From Verrucomicrobiales bacterium (lineage in GTDB: Bacteria > Verrucomicrobiota > Verrucomicrobiia > Verrucomicrobiales > V1-33): DNA of 35,986 nucleotides. The notes under the pieces were generated by a model. It saw only the letters and a program-made list of their open reading frames with translations, did not search any database and was not told the DNA's origin. A program made the position numbers and the translations under genes. How positions within the stretch are numbered: position 1 is the stretch's first letter; the number at the start of each line of letters is the position of its first letter. The stretch spans positions 1 through 35,986 of the forward strand of contig JANOAV010000013.1 in NCBI GenBank assembly GCA_031411295.1, in the 5' to 3' direction. Below, one piece after another: positions 27,101-35,262 of the stretch.

Positions 27101-30100
27101 CGAGGCGGTTTCAGAGAAGCCAGATTGCAATAGCACTTCTTCCCATTGCTCACGTCGCAGGAGGGGATGGTGTGGGCGTAAGACATAGTCGGTAAACCTC
27201 CACCAGCCACTGGTTAAACCGAAGACGGCATTCAACCATAAATGGGGCGTGGCTACATCCACAAAAAAGAGACTGCCGCCCGCTGTTAGGAGATCGCGAA
27301 TATTGCCGAGCGCATCTTTGACATCGCGCACGGCGTGGATCACGTTAGTGCCGAGAATGAGGTCGAACGAACCCAACGCGAAATCTTGTTCGCTGCCAGA
27401 TTTTTCCAAATCGAAGGTTTTGAACTCGACTTCCGGGAACGCCGCCAGCTTTTGTCTGGCGGCAGGAAAGAAGGCTGCGGAGACATCACTGAAAATATAA
27501 GAGTGCACACCCCGTTGCAGCAACGGCAACACTTGCGAGGCCAGACCACCCGTGCCAGCCCCAATTTCTAAGATGCGCAGGTCACGCCCTTCAGGCAGGT
27601 CGCGTGCGGCTGCGGCAACCGCCGTTGCTATAGCGGCTAGCCACGGACTGGTGACGAGGCCATCACCATAGAACTGATCTAGCAACTCGGCTCCTCCGCC
27701 CGTAAATAAGACCTGCACCGCTTCCTTCTCTCCCCGCATGATCGGTCCCAGTGCTGCACAGGTGGCGCTACAGAGCAATGCTTCGGGAAGGTGGCCGGGA
27801 TATTTTCCGAGGCTTTCCTTAAGTAGGACGGTAGCCGAATCAGCGGCGGTTAGAAAGGCAGGGTTCGTAGCGTAACCGTCCGTTGTTTTCGTGAGTAGAT
27901 GCTCATGCATCAAATTATCCATGAGTTGCACAAAGGAGGGCTGCATGGCTGGGGCTACGTTTAAATCAGCAGCCGTGAAGCTGCCTGCAGCCCCCATGGC
28001 CCGTAAGGCGTTGGCTACCTGGGCGGCCGTGAGTTCATCCCCGGCGGCACTTGCAGCATCCAGACTGTCACGGCCCCGCATGTCTAGCACTTCGTCCAAC
28101 GCTCTTTGGGCCACTTGCCGGAGGTCTGCCAGAGGGACGGGGGCGCGCTCTGGACGCGGTGTGGTTCGTTCCGTTGTATCCCATGCTACATGGTAAATGA
28201 GATCCCGTCCTTTCCCCATCTGACCGCTGCGGCGGGAGCCTTCCACACTGATCGCGCGGAAGCCATCAATGCGAACGCAAGGGCGTCCCGAGTGGTCATA
28301 TAATTCAATGTTTCCTTCCACCAATTCGTCGTTGGCTATTTTAACTCCAGCGCGGACAAGGCTTGCAGTTCCAGGTGTGCGGAGGAACAGGATTTTCGCA
28401 AATCGCACCGGAAGTCGCAAGCCCGCAGTGCGTCCTTCGACCGTAGCAGCGCCTGCAGAGAAGATCTGGAGTGCCCCATCGAAGAGCACTGGATGCAATG
28501 GATATTCCGCAGCACGATGAGAAATCGTTTCTCCCAGCGATACCCTGCCAGTGGATTTGCCCTGACTTGCAAAGAGTTCCCGGATTGGGCGAAACTCGTC
28601 ACCATAACGTAGTCCCATGGCAGCCATGTGGTCGTAGAATTCAGTTACGTCCACGCTATCCAGTTTGGGTTGTTCCCAGGTGGAGCTTGCGAATGCAGAT
28701 TCCGTGCGTTCCCCGCGCATTGAGCCCACGACATGCACGGACCAGGACGCTCCATTGTCGAATCGGCTCTGGATGGAGAACGTTCGCTCGTTGGCGTCAT
28801 AGCTGAATTCCAATAGCAGCCCTGAGGGCGGGTCAGGCAGGATGAGGGGTTTGCGGATTTCGAAATCCTCGATCACAAATGCTTTGCCATCAAAGAGTTG
28901 GACGCCAGCCTCCAGCGCCATTTCCACGAATCCGGCCGCTGGGAAAATGATCATGTTTTCCACCCGGTGGTCTTTGAGGAATGCCATGTGGCGAGCATCC
29001 AAGCGGCAGATCCAGGTCGGCACTGCGCGGGATAAGCGGACGTCCAGCAGGCCCCGTCCACCGGAAGCTAAGCGGCCTTCTCGGGTGTCGCTAGACTCAT
29101 TCCACCAACGGCTTTTCTCCCAAGCATAAGCCGGTAAATGGAAGTGACGTTTGGAGGGGGTCATTTTTGCAAAGTTTAACGCAACGCCGGCTAGGTGTAG
29201 CTCCATGGCTGATTCCAGCAACGATGTGTGTTCCCGCTCCCGCCGCACCGAGGCGATGATGGCGGCCTTGCTCCCACTCTCTGCGAGGCATTCTTGGAGA
29301 GAGCGCACCAAGGCAGGATGAGCCCCAATTTCCAACCAAACCTCCGCTCCGGACGCAGCGACGGCCTGGATGGCGGAGGCAAACTCCACCGGTTGACGAA
29401 CACCACTGGACCAGTGCGTTGCGTCACAGACCGCCCCGGCAGTGCGCTGCCCGGTGACCGTGCTGAAGAAGGGCACGGTCTCCGCAGCGGGCGTAAGCTT
29501 GCCCAGCGCGAGCTTGAGCGCATCGGCAGCGGGTTGCATCATCGCATGATGAAAAGGATGACTAACTTTGAGGAAGCGAGCGAAGATGCCCTCCGTCTCC
29601 AGTTCTGTGGCAATGCTGGCCAACGAAGTGCGCGCCCCTGACAAGGTCAATGATTGCGGGCCATTGAACGCGGCTACGCTCACTGCGGGATCATGTTTCG
29701 CGATGATCGACCGTGCCATTTCCGGGCTGAGACTTACTGCGAGCATCGTGCCTCCATCGACCGTGCATTCATCCATGTAACGACCACGCAGGACTATAAT
29801 CTGGGCGGCCTGATCCAGTGTTAGGATGCCCGCCACACAGGCTGCGGCAATTTCACCGACACTATGTCCGACGACCGCTGCTGGCTGAATGCCCCATGAC
29901 TGCCAGAGTGCCGCCAAGCCCATTTGCATAGCGAAAATGGCTGGCTGGGAAATTTCCGTGCGTTGCATTTGTGACTCACTCTCTGGGCGGGCAAGTTCCT
30001 CCAACAAGGAGAACGAAGCCCACGGGCGCATCGCAACTGCGCAGGCTTCGATGGTGCGCTTGAAGACGGGTTCATGCTTCATGAGTTCGCTTCCCATGCC

Positions 30101-31804
30101 CCACCACTGCGGACCTTGACCGCTCATAACAAAGACCACGCGCGGAGCCTGTGCTGTGCGCGGAGTAAAGGCGGTGCGCAGCGCTGGACCGGCTTGCCCA
30201 GTGGAGAAGGCGCTGAGTTCTTGGCTGACTTCAATGAGAGTGCGTGCCGTCAGCGTCAACCGATACGTGTGATGATTACGCCGCGCGCCCAGCATGTAGG
30301 TTAAGTCGGGTAACAGGGGGGAGCTGCCATTAAGGTTTGAATGCTCATTCACCCAAGCGCTGAGCGCCCCGGCAGCAGCGCGCAATGATTCCTCTGAGCG
30401 TGCGGAGAGCATCAGTGGCCACCCACGATCCTGCTCGGACAGAGCACTGGGATGCGGACGGAGCGGTGGCTCCGCCAAGAGAACATGGGCATTGGCACCA
30501 CCAAATCCAAAGGAATTCACACCTGCGATGCGCATCGCCTGGGTGCCAGGGAAAGTCTCGTTAGCAACTGGCACCCGTAATTTCAGGGACTCGAAGTCGA
30601 TGTTGGGATTAGGAGTGTCGAAATGAAGACTAGCCGGAATGCGAGCATGCTTGACGATGAGCAGGGCCTTCACTAATCCAGCCACGCCCGACGCCGTTTC
30701 CAAATGTCCGAGGTTGGTTTTGACTGAACCAATCAGCAAGGGTGCGTCCGCTGGGCGGTCCTGGCAGAGGGCCATGGCCAGCGCATGCGCTTCGATCGGA
30801 TCACCCACGGCAGTGCCCGTTCCGTGGGCTTCGACATACGCGACCTCATTACTGGAGATCCCAGCATTCACACAAGCATCGCGCACGAGACGAGCCTGGG
30901 CTTCCGGACTGGGCAGGGAAATGCCATTGGTATGCCCATCTTGGTTTACAGCGGAACCGATGATGACCGCATGAATCGGATCCCCATCCGCAAGGGCATC
31001 CGCGAGCCGCTTCAAGAGCACCATGCCAGCTCCCTCACCGCGCACAAAGCCATTGGCTGAGGCGTCAAATGCTTTGCACTTACCTTCTGGCGATAACATC
31101 CCAGCTTGGGAAAATCCAATGAATCCATCCGGAGTAATCATGATGGTAACTCCACCCGCCACCGCCGTTTTACAATGTCCGGCCAGGATGTGTTCGCAGG
31201 CGACATGCACGGCGGTAAGGGCGGAGGAACAGGCGGTGTCCATCGCAATGCTAGGGCCGATCAGATTTAAGCAATACGAAATGCGATTCGCTGCGATGCT
31301 GTGCGCGCTGCCAGTGGGGGTATGCGCGCTGATGCCCGCACGATCCGTCGGCGTGTGTTGCAAGCCTTGATAATCATTGTGCGAAATGCCGACGAAGACG
31401 CCCATGTTGGTGCCATTTGCAATGTCTAATACCAGGCCCGCATCTTCGATCGCCTCCCAGGTGGTCTCTAACAGCAGGCGTTGCTGCGGATCAATGTAGG
31501 GTGCCTCCCGTGGAGAGATGCCGAAGAATTGGGGGTCAAATTGATCAATACCGTCGATAAAGCCACCTCGCTTGGCCACGGATTTTCCGACCAGTCCTGG
31601 TTCTGCATCATAGAATCTTTCCACGTTCCAACGGTCCGCCGGAATATCCCCCACGCCCTCTCGACCTTCCTCCAGCAACTTCCAAAAGGCTTCCGCATCA
31701 TTCACGCCTCCCGGGAAGCGGCAACCAATGCCGATGATCGCAATGCCCTCCCGTTCAGAGGTTGGTGATGCAGTGAGGGGCATGGACGGAGGGAGGCGGG
31801 ACAT
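24125..31804 (-). CDS. Single-module highly reducing type I PKS: KS-AT-DH-cMT-ER-KR-ACP
   Basis: KS: DTACSS, HGTGT, KTNLGHLE. AT: GQGPQW, GHSVG, HPFH. DH: HRVENMIIFP, HPVLFDGALQ. MT: ILEIGAGTGG, NVIHA. ER: VLVHAGAGGVG. KR: YLITGGFGGFG, IDD, NYAAAN. ACP: LGLDSL. No TE. Confidence 0.96.
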   Translation of the reverse strand: MSRLPPSMPLTASPTSEREGIAIIGIGCRFPGGVNDAEAFWKLLEEGREGVGDIPADRWNVERFYDAEPGLVGKSVAKRGGFIDGIDQFDPQFFGISPREAPYIDPQQRLLLETTWEAIEDAGLVLDIANGTNMGVFVGISHNDYQGLQHTPTDRAGISAHTPTGSAHSIAANRISYCLNLIGPSIAMDTACSSALTAVHVACEHILAGHCKTAVAGGVTIMITPDGFIGFSQAGMLSPEGKCKAFDASANGFVRGEGAGMVLLKRLADALADGDPIHAVIIGSAVNQDGHTNGISLPSPEAQARLVRDACVNAGISSNEVAYVEAHGTGTAVGDPIEAHALAMALCQDRPADAPLLIGSVKTNLGHLETASGVAGLVKALLIVKHARIPASLHFDTPNPNIDFESLKLRVPVANETFPGTQAMRIAGVNSFGFGGANAHVLLAEPPLRPHPSALSEQDRGWPLMLSARSEESLRAAAGALSAWVNEHSNLNGSSPLLPDLTYMLGARRNHHTYRLTLTARTLIEVSQELSAFSTGQAGPALRTAFTPRTAQAPRVVFVMSGQGPQWWGMGSELMKHEPVFKRTIEACAVAMRPWASFSLLEELARPESESQMQRTEISQPAIFAMQMGLAALWQSWGIQPAAVVGHSVGEIAAACVAGILTLDQAAQIIVLRGRYMDECTVDGGTMLAVSLSPEMARSIIAKHDPAVSVAAFNGPQSLTLSGARTSLASIATELETEGIFARFLKVSHPFHHAMMQPAADALKLALGKLTPAAETVPFFSTVTGQRTAGAVCDATHWSSGVRQPVEFASAIQAVAASGAEVWLEIGAHPALVRSLQECLAESGSKAAIIASVRREREHTSLLESAMELHLAGVALNFAKMTPSKRHFHLPAYAWEKSRWWNESSDTREGRLASGGRGLLDVRLSRAVPTWICRLDARHMAFLKDHRVENMIIFPAAGFVEMALEAGVQLFDGKAFVIEDFEIRKPLILPDPPSGLLLEFSYDANERTFSIQSRFDNGASWSVHVVGSMRGERTESAFASSTWEQPKLDSVDVTEFYDHMAAMGLRYGDEFRPIRELFASQGKSTGRVSLGETISHRAAEYPLHPVLFDGALQIFSAGAATVEGRTAGLRLPVRFAKILFLRTPGTASLVRAGVKIANDELVEGNIELYDHSGRPCVRIDGFRAISVEGSRRSGQMGKGRDLIYHVAWDTTERTTPRPERAPVPLADLRQVAQRALDEVLDMRGRDSLDAASAAGDELTAAQVANALRAMGAAGSFTAADLNVAPAMQPSFVQLMDNLMHEHLLTKTTDGYATNPAFLTAADSATVLLKESLGKYPGHLPEALLCSATCAALGPIMRGEKEAVQVLFTGGGAELLDQFYGDGLVTSPWLAAIATAVAAAARDLPEGRDLRILEIGAGTGGLASQVLPLLQRGVHSYIFSDVSAAFFPAARQKLAAFPEVEFKTFDLEKSGSEQDFALGSFDLILGTNVIHAVRDVKDALGNIRDLLTAGGSLFFVDVATPHLWLNAVFGLTSGWWRFTDYVLRPHHPLLRREQWEEVLLQSGFSETASLAGLIRSRGGESLIGLMARKAWTEPVVTAEQEMVTPMETSWLIIADSSGLGDALAAQLALNGCRCRIAHRGNDFAETSEDHFTLRAEVPEDWQHLITACAEQSPDRIVYLWGLDEQNPAAELLGTDGLFHLAQALDLAKKQRIDVVTRGAQAVGHRHDATVAQAAVIGLMRVIANEHPNITCRSIDLANAPASPDVRALWQELLHQDAEREIVLRGEARYVRRIQRGLASREQEMDRNVPLRLESRERGILDSLRLMPFALPPCGAGEVVIEVKAAGMNFRDVLKALALYPAETADARIYGDEVAGIVKAVGSEVTHVAVGDEVFGLAVFGLATHSMARAGDVRLIPRGLSFEEAATLPVVFMTSWHALKTVTNLQPGERVLVHAGAGGVGMAAIQIAHHLGATVIASAGSPAKRSLLETMGVQHVIDSRRADFAEAVLEITDGQGVDVVLNALAAEAIPMGLSCLAQFGRFIEIGKRDIYQNSRIPLWPLRKNASFHVVAMDAIFGGDEKRTQRLLETIADLVSANALQPLPFRSFPACRLDTAFRLMAQGKHTGKVVVAFPAPFVATRGEPLAPAFTVKSDGTYLITGGFGGFGKVVAEWLVTCGAKHLVLTSRQGATTPQAQEFLNSLRAREVEVRVISADIGSHAEVQKIFTEIGSAGIALKGIFHLAMVIDDAPMASLTRDRMRAVFAPKAHGAWLLHEATQGMDLDCFVMFSSVSSIFGNSGQANYAAANAFLDALAHHRQASGLPALVINWGALGGEGYVARNERVAEYLARQGTTPLTPIEVVGLMESFLNAGATQALALRVDWSKWRQSFRGSQESPLLEHIFAAGIDAPESSGTKSDWRLKIETCAPNERADIISLAVRDVVGSVLRVKPEGLRVDQPLTDLGLDSLMAVEIENSIESAIGIALPPASLMKARTIEQIVTLIVEHMGGAVTTAKSKPADVVERSVRPEDLDLDVLSDDAIDRLLGEAPAPVEKELAISNLG

Positions 31805-31904
31805 AGATTTTGGAAATGGCTTCGGCCCCAGCCAAGGGAGCTATGGGCGTCCCCGGACCGCAGCACGTGATGGTTCGAGATTACACGTGGTCCGGGGTGC
31901 CACA

Positions 31905-31921
31905 TATGGGGTGTAACCCCA
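31905..31921. promoter_or_regulatory. Operator-like imperfect palindrome TATGGGGTGTAACCCCA in the PKS/asnB divergent region
   Basis: 15/17 identical to the reverse complement of 33941-33957. It sits just upstream of the predicted -35 of asnB. Confidence 0.5.
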
Positions 31922-31938
31922 CCTGAGCGCGATACTGT

Positions 31939-31968
31939 TTGCTTATGCCCATGATTTCCGCGTAAGAT
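31939..31968 (+). promoter_or_regulatory. Putative sigma70 promoter of asnB (near-leaderless transcript)
   Basis: TTGCTT (31939-31944), 18-bp spacer, TAAGAT (31963-31968), ATG at 31977, no SD. Confidence 0.5.
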
Positions 31969-31976
31969 CCGCCCCT

Positions 31977-33932
31977 ATGTGTGGTATTGCAGGAATGATT
32001 GATTTAGCCGGAAGGAGGACCGTGCCTGAGGGCATGGTGCAACGCATGGCGCAGGCCTTATTTCACCGTGGTCCAGACGAATTCGGGCTCCTGAATTTAC
32101 CAGGAGTCGCGCTGGCATCACGTCGGCTCAGCATTGTGGGGTTAGCTGATGGTCAGCAGCCCGTTTGCAATGAAGATCGCAGTGTCCATGCGGTCTTTAA
32201 CGGAGAATTCTTTGATTATCCAGAGAAACGCGCTCAACTGGTTTCACGGGGGCATCGGTTGCTAACGCATTGTGATACCGAGATCATTCCGCACCTCTGG
32301 GAAGAAAGCCACGAGGGTATGTTTGAACGGATGCGGGGGCAATTCGCGATCGCGCTTTTCGATGTCCAGCGGCATCAACTTACCCTCGGCAGAGATCGCT
32401 TTGGCATCAGCCCGCTCTACTGGACGCGCCAGGGGGACTGGCTGCTGTTTGCCTCTGAAATCAAGGCTTTGCTAGCCTCAGGCATGGTTACGCCGAAAGC
32501 GGATCTCCGTGGCATTGACCACATTTTTACTTTCGCTGCCATGCCTGGGCCAGTGACATGCTTTGAGGGCGTGCAGTTGCTGGGGGCTGGGCACTATTTA
32601 CAGATTTCACCACTTAGTGATGATGCGCAAACCCTCGTGCAGGAACGGCCCTTTTGGGAAATGGATTTCCCTAACCAAGGGGACGTGGACCCGGGGGACG
32701 ATCCCCAGAAGCTGGTGCAGGAATTTGAAGATGTGTTACTCAAGGCCGTAGAAACGCGGCTGCGAGCGGATGTGCCCGTGGGAGCGTATCTGTCCGGCGG
32801 CCTTGATTCGAGCATGATTGTAGCGATGGCATGCAAGCTCAAGGGTCCGGCAATTAACACCTACACCATTCAGGTCGATGACCCAAAGCTTGATGAGTTA
32901 AGCGCGGCTAATCAGTCCGCCCGACACATCGGCACCCAGCCGCCATTGGTGCAGGAATTTCGCCACGAAGACGCCGTAGTCATGTATCCGGAATTGATCC
33001 GGGCCGCCGAGGCGCCAGTCATCGATACCTCCTGCGCGGCACTGCTTATGCTCGCTAAACGCGTGCATGCCTGTGGACAAAAGGTAGTGCTAACGGGTGA
33101 GGGGGCGGACGAGTGGCTGGCGGGATACCCTTGGTATAAGGCTGCGAAGTTGATCGGAGCGCTCGACGCAGTGCCGGGCATCCGACTCAGTGATGTGGCT
33201 CGGCACGCCTTTCTGCGGCTGAATAAGGTGCCACACTATCCCACTTCTTTGCGCCAAAGTTGGGAGCAAGCGGTGGGCGGACCGAATGCATGGATCGATT
33301 CCTATGGGGTGCTTGGCCTCTCCAAATTACGTTTCTATGCCGCACCGCTGCGGGGCGTGCAGGCTGCGGCTAATCCTTGGGCGGACTTAGGGTTGGATCT
33401 AGAGCGCGCCAAGCACTGGCACCCGTTGAACCGTGGACTCTGGGTGGGCGCACGAGTGACTTTGGCGGGCCACTTGCTGCAGGCCAAGGGGGATCGCGTG
33501 GCGATGCATTCGTCCGTTGAAGTGCGCTATCCCTTTCTCGATGAAGCCGTGTTTGATTTTACTGCCAAGCTGCATCCGCGTTGGAAATTACGCGGATTCC
33601 GCGATAAACATCTGCTGCGCTTGGTCGCTGAACGGTGGCTACCGAAGGAAATAGCGCGTCGCCATAAAGTTATTTTCAGAGCCCCACTCGACAGCTTTCA
33701 CATGGAGCCAGAGCCAAAATATGTGACGGAGTTGTTGAGTGAAGAATCCTTGCGACGCACGGGATATTTCGATGCGGCGGCAGTCCAACACTGGCGGAAG
33801 GCCTTTCGCCAGTTGCGCGCAGGATCGCTGCCGAGGTTGTCGGTAGAAATGGGATTGGCAGCGGTGGTCGCCACCCAGTTATGGCACCATACGTTTATCG
33901 ATGGCTCGCTGGCGGACCTACCGGGACGGTAA
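31977..33932 (+). CDS. asnB: Asparagine synthase (glutamine-hydrolysing)-type amidotransferase
   Basis: MCGIAG (Ntn Cys2), HRGPD, RRLSIV, FNGE, DTEII, RDRFG..PLY, PP-loop LSGGLDSS, GEGADE, DRVAMHSSVEVRYPFLD. The family is clear but the substrate is uncertain. Confidence 0.92.
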   Translation: MCGIAGMIDLAGRRTVPEGMVQRMAQALFHRGPDEFGLLNLPGVALASRRLSIVGLADGQQPVCNEDRSVHAVFNGEFFDYPEKRAQLVSRGHRLLTHCDTEIIPHLWEESHEGMFERMRGQFAIALFDVQRHQLTLGRDRFGISPLYWTRQGDWLLFASEIKALLASGMVTPKADLRGIDHIFTFAAMPGPVTCFEGVQLLGAGHYLQISPLSDDAQTLVQERPFWEMDFPNQGDVDPGDDPQKLVQEFEDVLLKAVETRLRADVPVGAYLSGGLDSSMIVAMACKLKGPAINTYTIQVDDPKLDELSAANQSARHIGTQPPLVQEFRHEDAVVMYPELIRAAEAPVIDTSCAALLMLAKRVHACGQKVVLTGEGADEWLAGYPWYKAAKLIGALDAVPGIRLSDVARHAFLRLNKVPHYPTSLRQSWEQAVGGPNAWIDSYGVLGLSKLRFYAAPLRGVQAAANPWADLGLDLERAKHWHPLNRGLWVGARVTLAGHLLQAKGDRVAMHSSVEVRYPFLDEAVFDFTAKLHPRWKLRGFRDKHLLRLVAERWLPKEIARRHKVIFRAPLDSFHMEPEPKYVTELLSEESLRRTGYFDAAAVQHWRKAFRQLRAGSLPRLSVEMGLAAVVATQLWHHTFIDGSLADLPGR

Positions 33933-33940
33933 AAGTGATT

Positions 33941-33957
33941 TAGGGTTTCACCCCATA
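33941..33957. promoter_or_regulatory. Second copy (inverted) of the operator-like motif, TAGGGTTTCACCCCATA
   Basis: Its reverse complement TATGGGGTGAAACCCTA matches 31905-31921. It lies 70 bp upstream of the gene at 34027. Confidence 0.5.
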
Positions 33958-34026
33958 GTAAGTTATGAGCTACAGCTGTAGTTTGCGTGACATTGAAATT
34001 ATTCAATGTAAACCTCAAATACAATT

Positions 34027-34692
34027 ATGACTACCCTACTACACAGATCCTTCGGAGCGCTGCTCTGCACTGCTTCATTCACCTTCGCGCAACAGGTCGT
34101 GGAGGAAAAGCAAACCACCACAACGACGAATACCCTTGGGACGATCACTGAACTTAGCCCGGAACGAATCGAGGTGCGCACGGAAACTTCCCCGGACCCC
34201 ATCCGCTATACCTTCAGTAAGACCACCACTTACGTAGATGAAAAAGGCCAAGCGGTCTCGGTCAAGACCATGAAATCTGGGCTCCCGGTTACGGTCTATT
34301 ATACGCGGGACGGGGATCAAATGGTGGCTACGAAAGTGGTCATACGGACGGCAGGTGCTGCTCCCGGAACGACCACGACGACAAATTCCCTAGGCACAAT
34401 TACGGAATTCGGACCAGACCGTTTCCTGATCAAGTCCGAAACCTCCCCGGATCCAGTGCGCTACAGCTATAGCAAGACCACCACGTATGTTGATGAAAAT
34501 GGGAATCCTGTTTCAATCAAGACGGTGAAGTCCGGCCTGCCAGTCACCGTTTACTACACAAAGGTGGGAGACAGCATGGTCGCCACCAAAGTGGTCGTCA
34601 GAAAAATCGTCTCTACCCCTGACGTTGCCCCCGTCCCACCGATTGTCGAAACCAAGAAGACCACCACCACCACCGAAGAAAGGAAAGAATAA
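34027..34692 (+). CDS. Secreted hypothetical protein with two tandem ~75-aa beta-rich (OB-fold-like) repeats
   Basis: Signal peptide. The unit 'LGTITE..P.R....ETSPDP.RY..SKTTTYVDE.G..VS.KT.KSGLPVTVYYT..GD.MVATKVV.R' occurs twice, with Thr-rich linkers. Confidence 0.85.
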   Translation: MTTLLHRSFGALLCTASFTFAQQVVEEKQTTTTTNTLGTITELSPERIEVRTETSPDPIRYTFSKTTTYVDEKGQAVSVKTMKSGLPVTVYYTRDGDQMVATKVVIRTAGAAPGTTTTTNSLGTITEFGPDRFLIKSETSPDPVRYSYSKTTTYVDENGNPVSIKTVKSGLPVTVYYTKVGDSMVATKVVVRKIVSTPDVAPVPPIVETKKTTTTTEERKE

Positions 34693-34694
34693 CT

Positions 34695-34880
34695 ATGAAA
34701 GCGATCCCATGCCTGCTCGGGCTCAGTGCCACCTTCATGTTCTCCAGCTGCATCACACTCGATGATGACGAGAGGATCCGTGATAACCCACCTCACCGCA
34801 CCACGACCGTGACGGAAGAAACCACCTACAGGCAACCACAGAGCAGTTCGATCCAAACCGAGACGATTCGGACGAACTAA
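34695..34880 (+). CDS. Small Thr-rich putative lipoprotein
   Basis: Starts 2 bp after the upstream stop. MKAIPCLLGLSATFMFSS|C lipobox-like signal, followed by a terminator. Confidence 0.7.
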   Translation: MKAIPCLLGLSATFMFSSCITLDDDERIRDNPPHRTTTVTEETTYRQPQSSSIQTETIRTN

Positions 34881-34905
34881 GACCAATACCCCGATAGTGG
34901 GACGA

Positions 34906-34951
34906 TCCTGCTTTAGGCTACCAGCAATGGGACCTAGAGCAGGACTTTTTT
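34906..34951 (+). terminator. Intrinsic terminator
   Basis: TCCTGCTTTAGG (34906-34917)/CCTAGAGCAGGA (34933-34944) 12-bp stem with one G-U pair, followed by TTTTTT. Confidence 0.8.
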
Positions 34952-35262
34952 GGGCTATGCTCAGGATTACGCAGTTCAGGGAAGCGCTGGCGAAGAAGCG
35001 CAGTGGCCTGTCGATAAACTTCCCGCCAGACTCAAAGAGCTGCTGATACCCGCAGACAGAGCAGAACACGCCGTTGGTCGGGAAAAGGTGGCTATCCAAA
35101 AGCGCATGTGGTGGAAAGCCAAGCAGACCGGGTCGGAATGAGGCCTCCCTGAGAAAAAACCACGTCCGGGTAAACTCAAGCCTCGTAACCTTTGGGTGCA
35201 AGTGCCAAGCAACTGGGCGACAGCTACTTGAGGTTGAATGATACCAAAGGGCGAGCGTCGGC

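Noticed and set aside
31905..33957. Inverted 17-bp motifs around asnB as transposon terminal repeats
   Set aside because: No transposase between them and no target-site duplication seen. Their self-palindromic form and promoter-proximal position fit operators better.
31977..34880. AsnB as a lasso-peptide cyclase with the 61-aa ORF as precursor
   Set aside because: No B1/B2 (RRE/transglutaminase) genes. AsnB keeps a full Cys2 glutaminase domain. The small ORF has a lipoprotein-like signal rather than a lasso leader.
34554..35212. ORFs in the 34.9-35.2 kb gap (34950-35141 +, 34554-35201 -, 34976-35212 -)
   Set aside because: Non-ATG starts, overlap with the terminator or real genes, and no recognisable family. 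At most a gene remnant.
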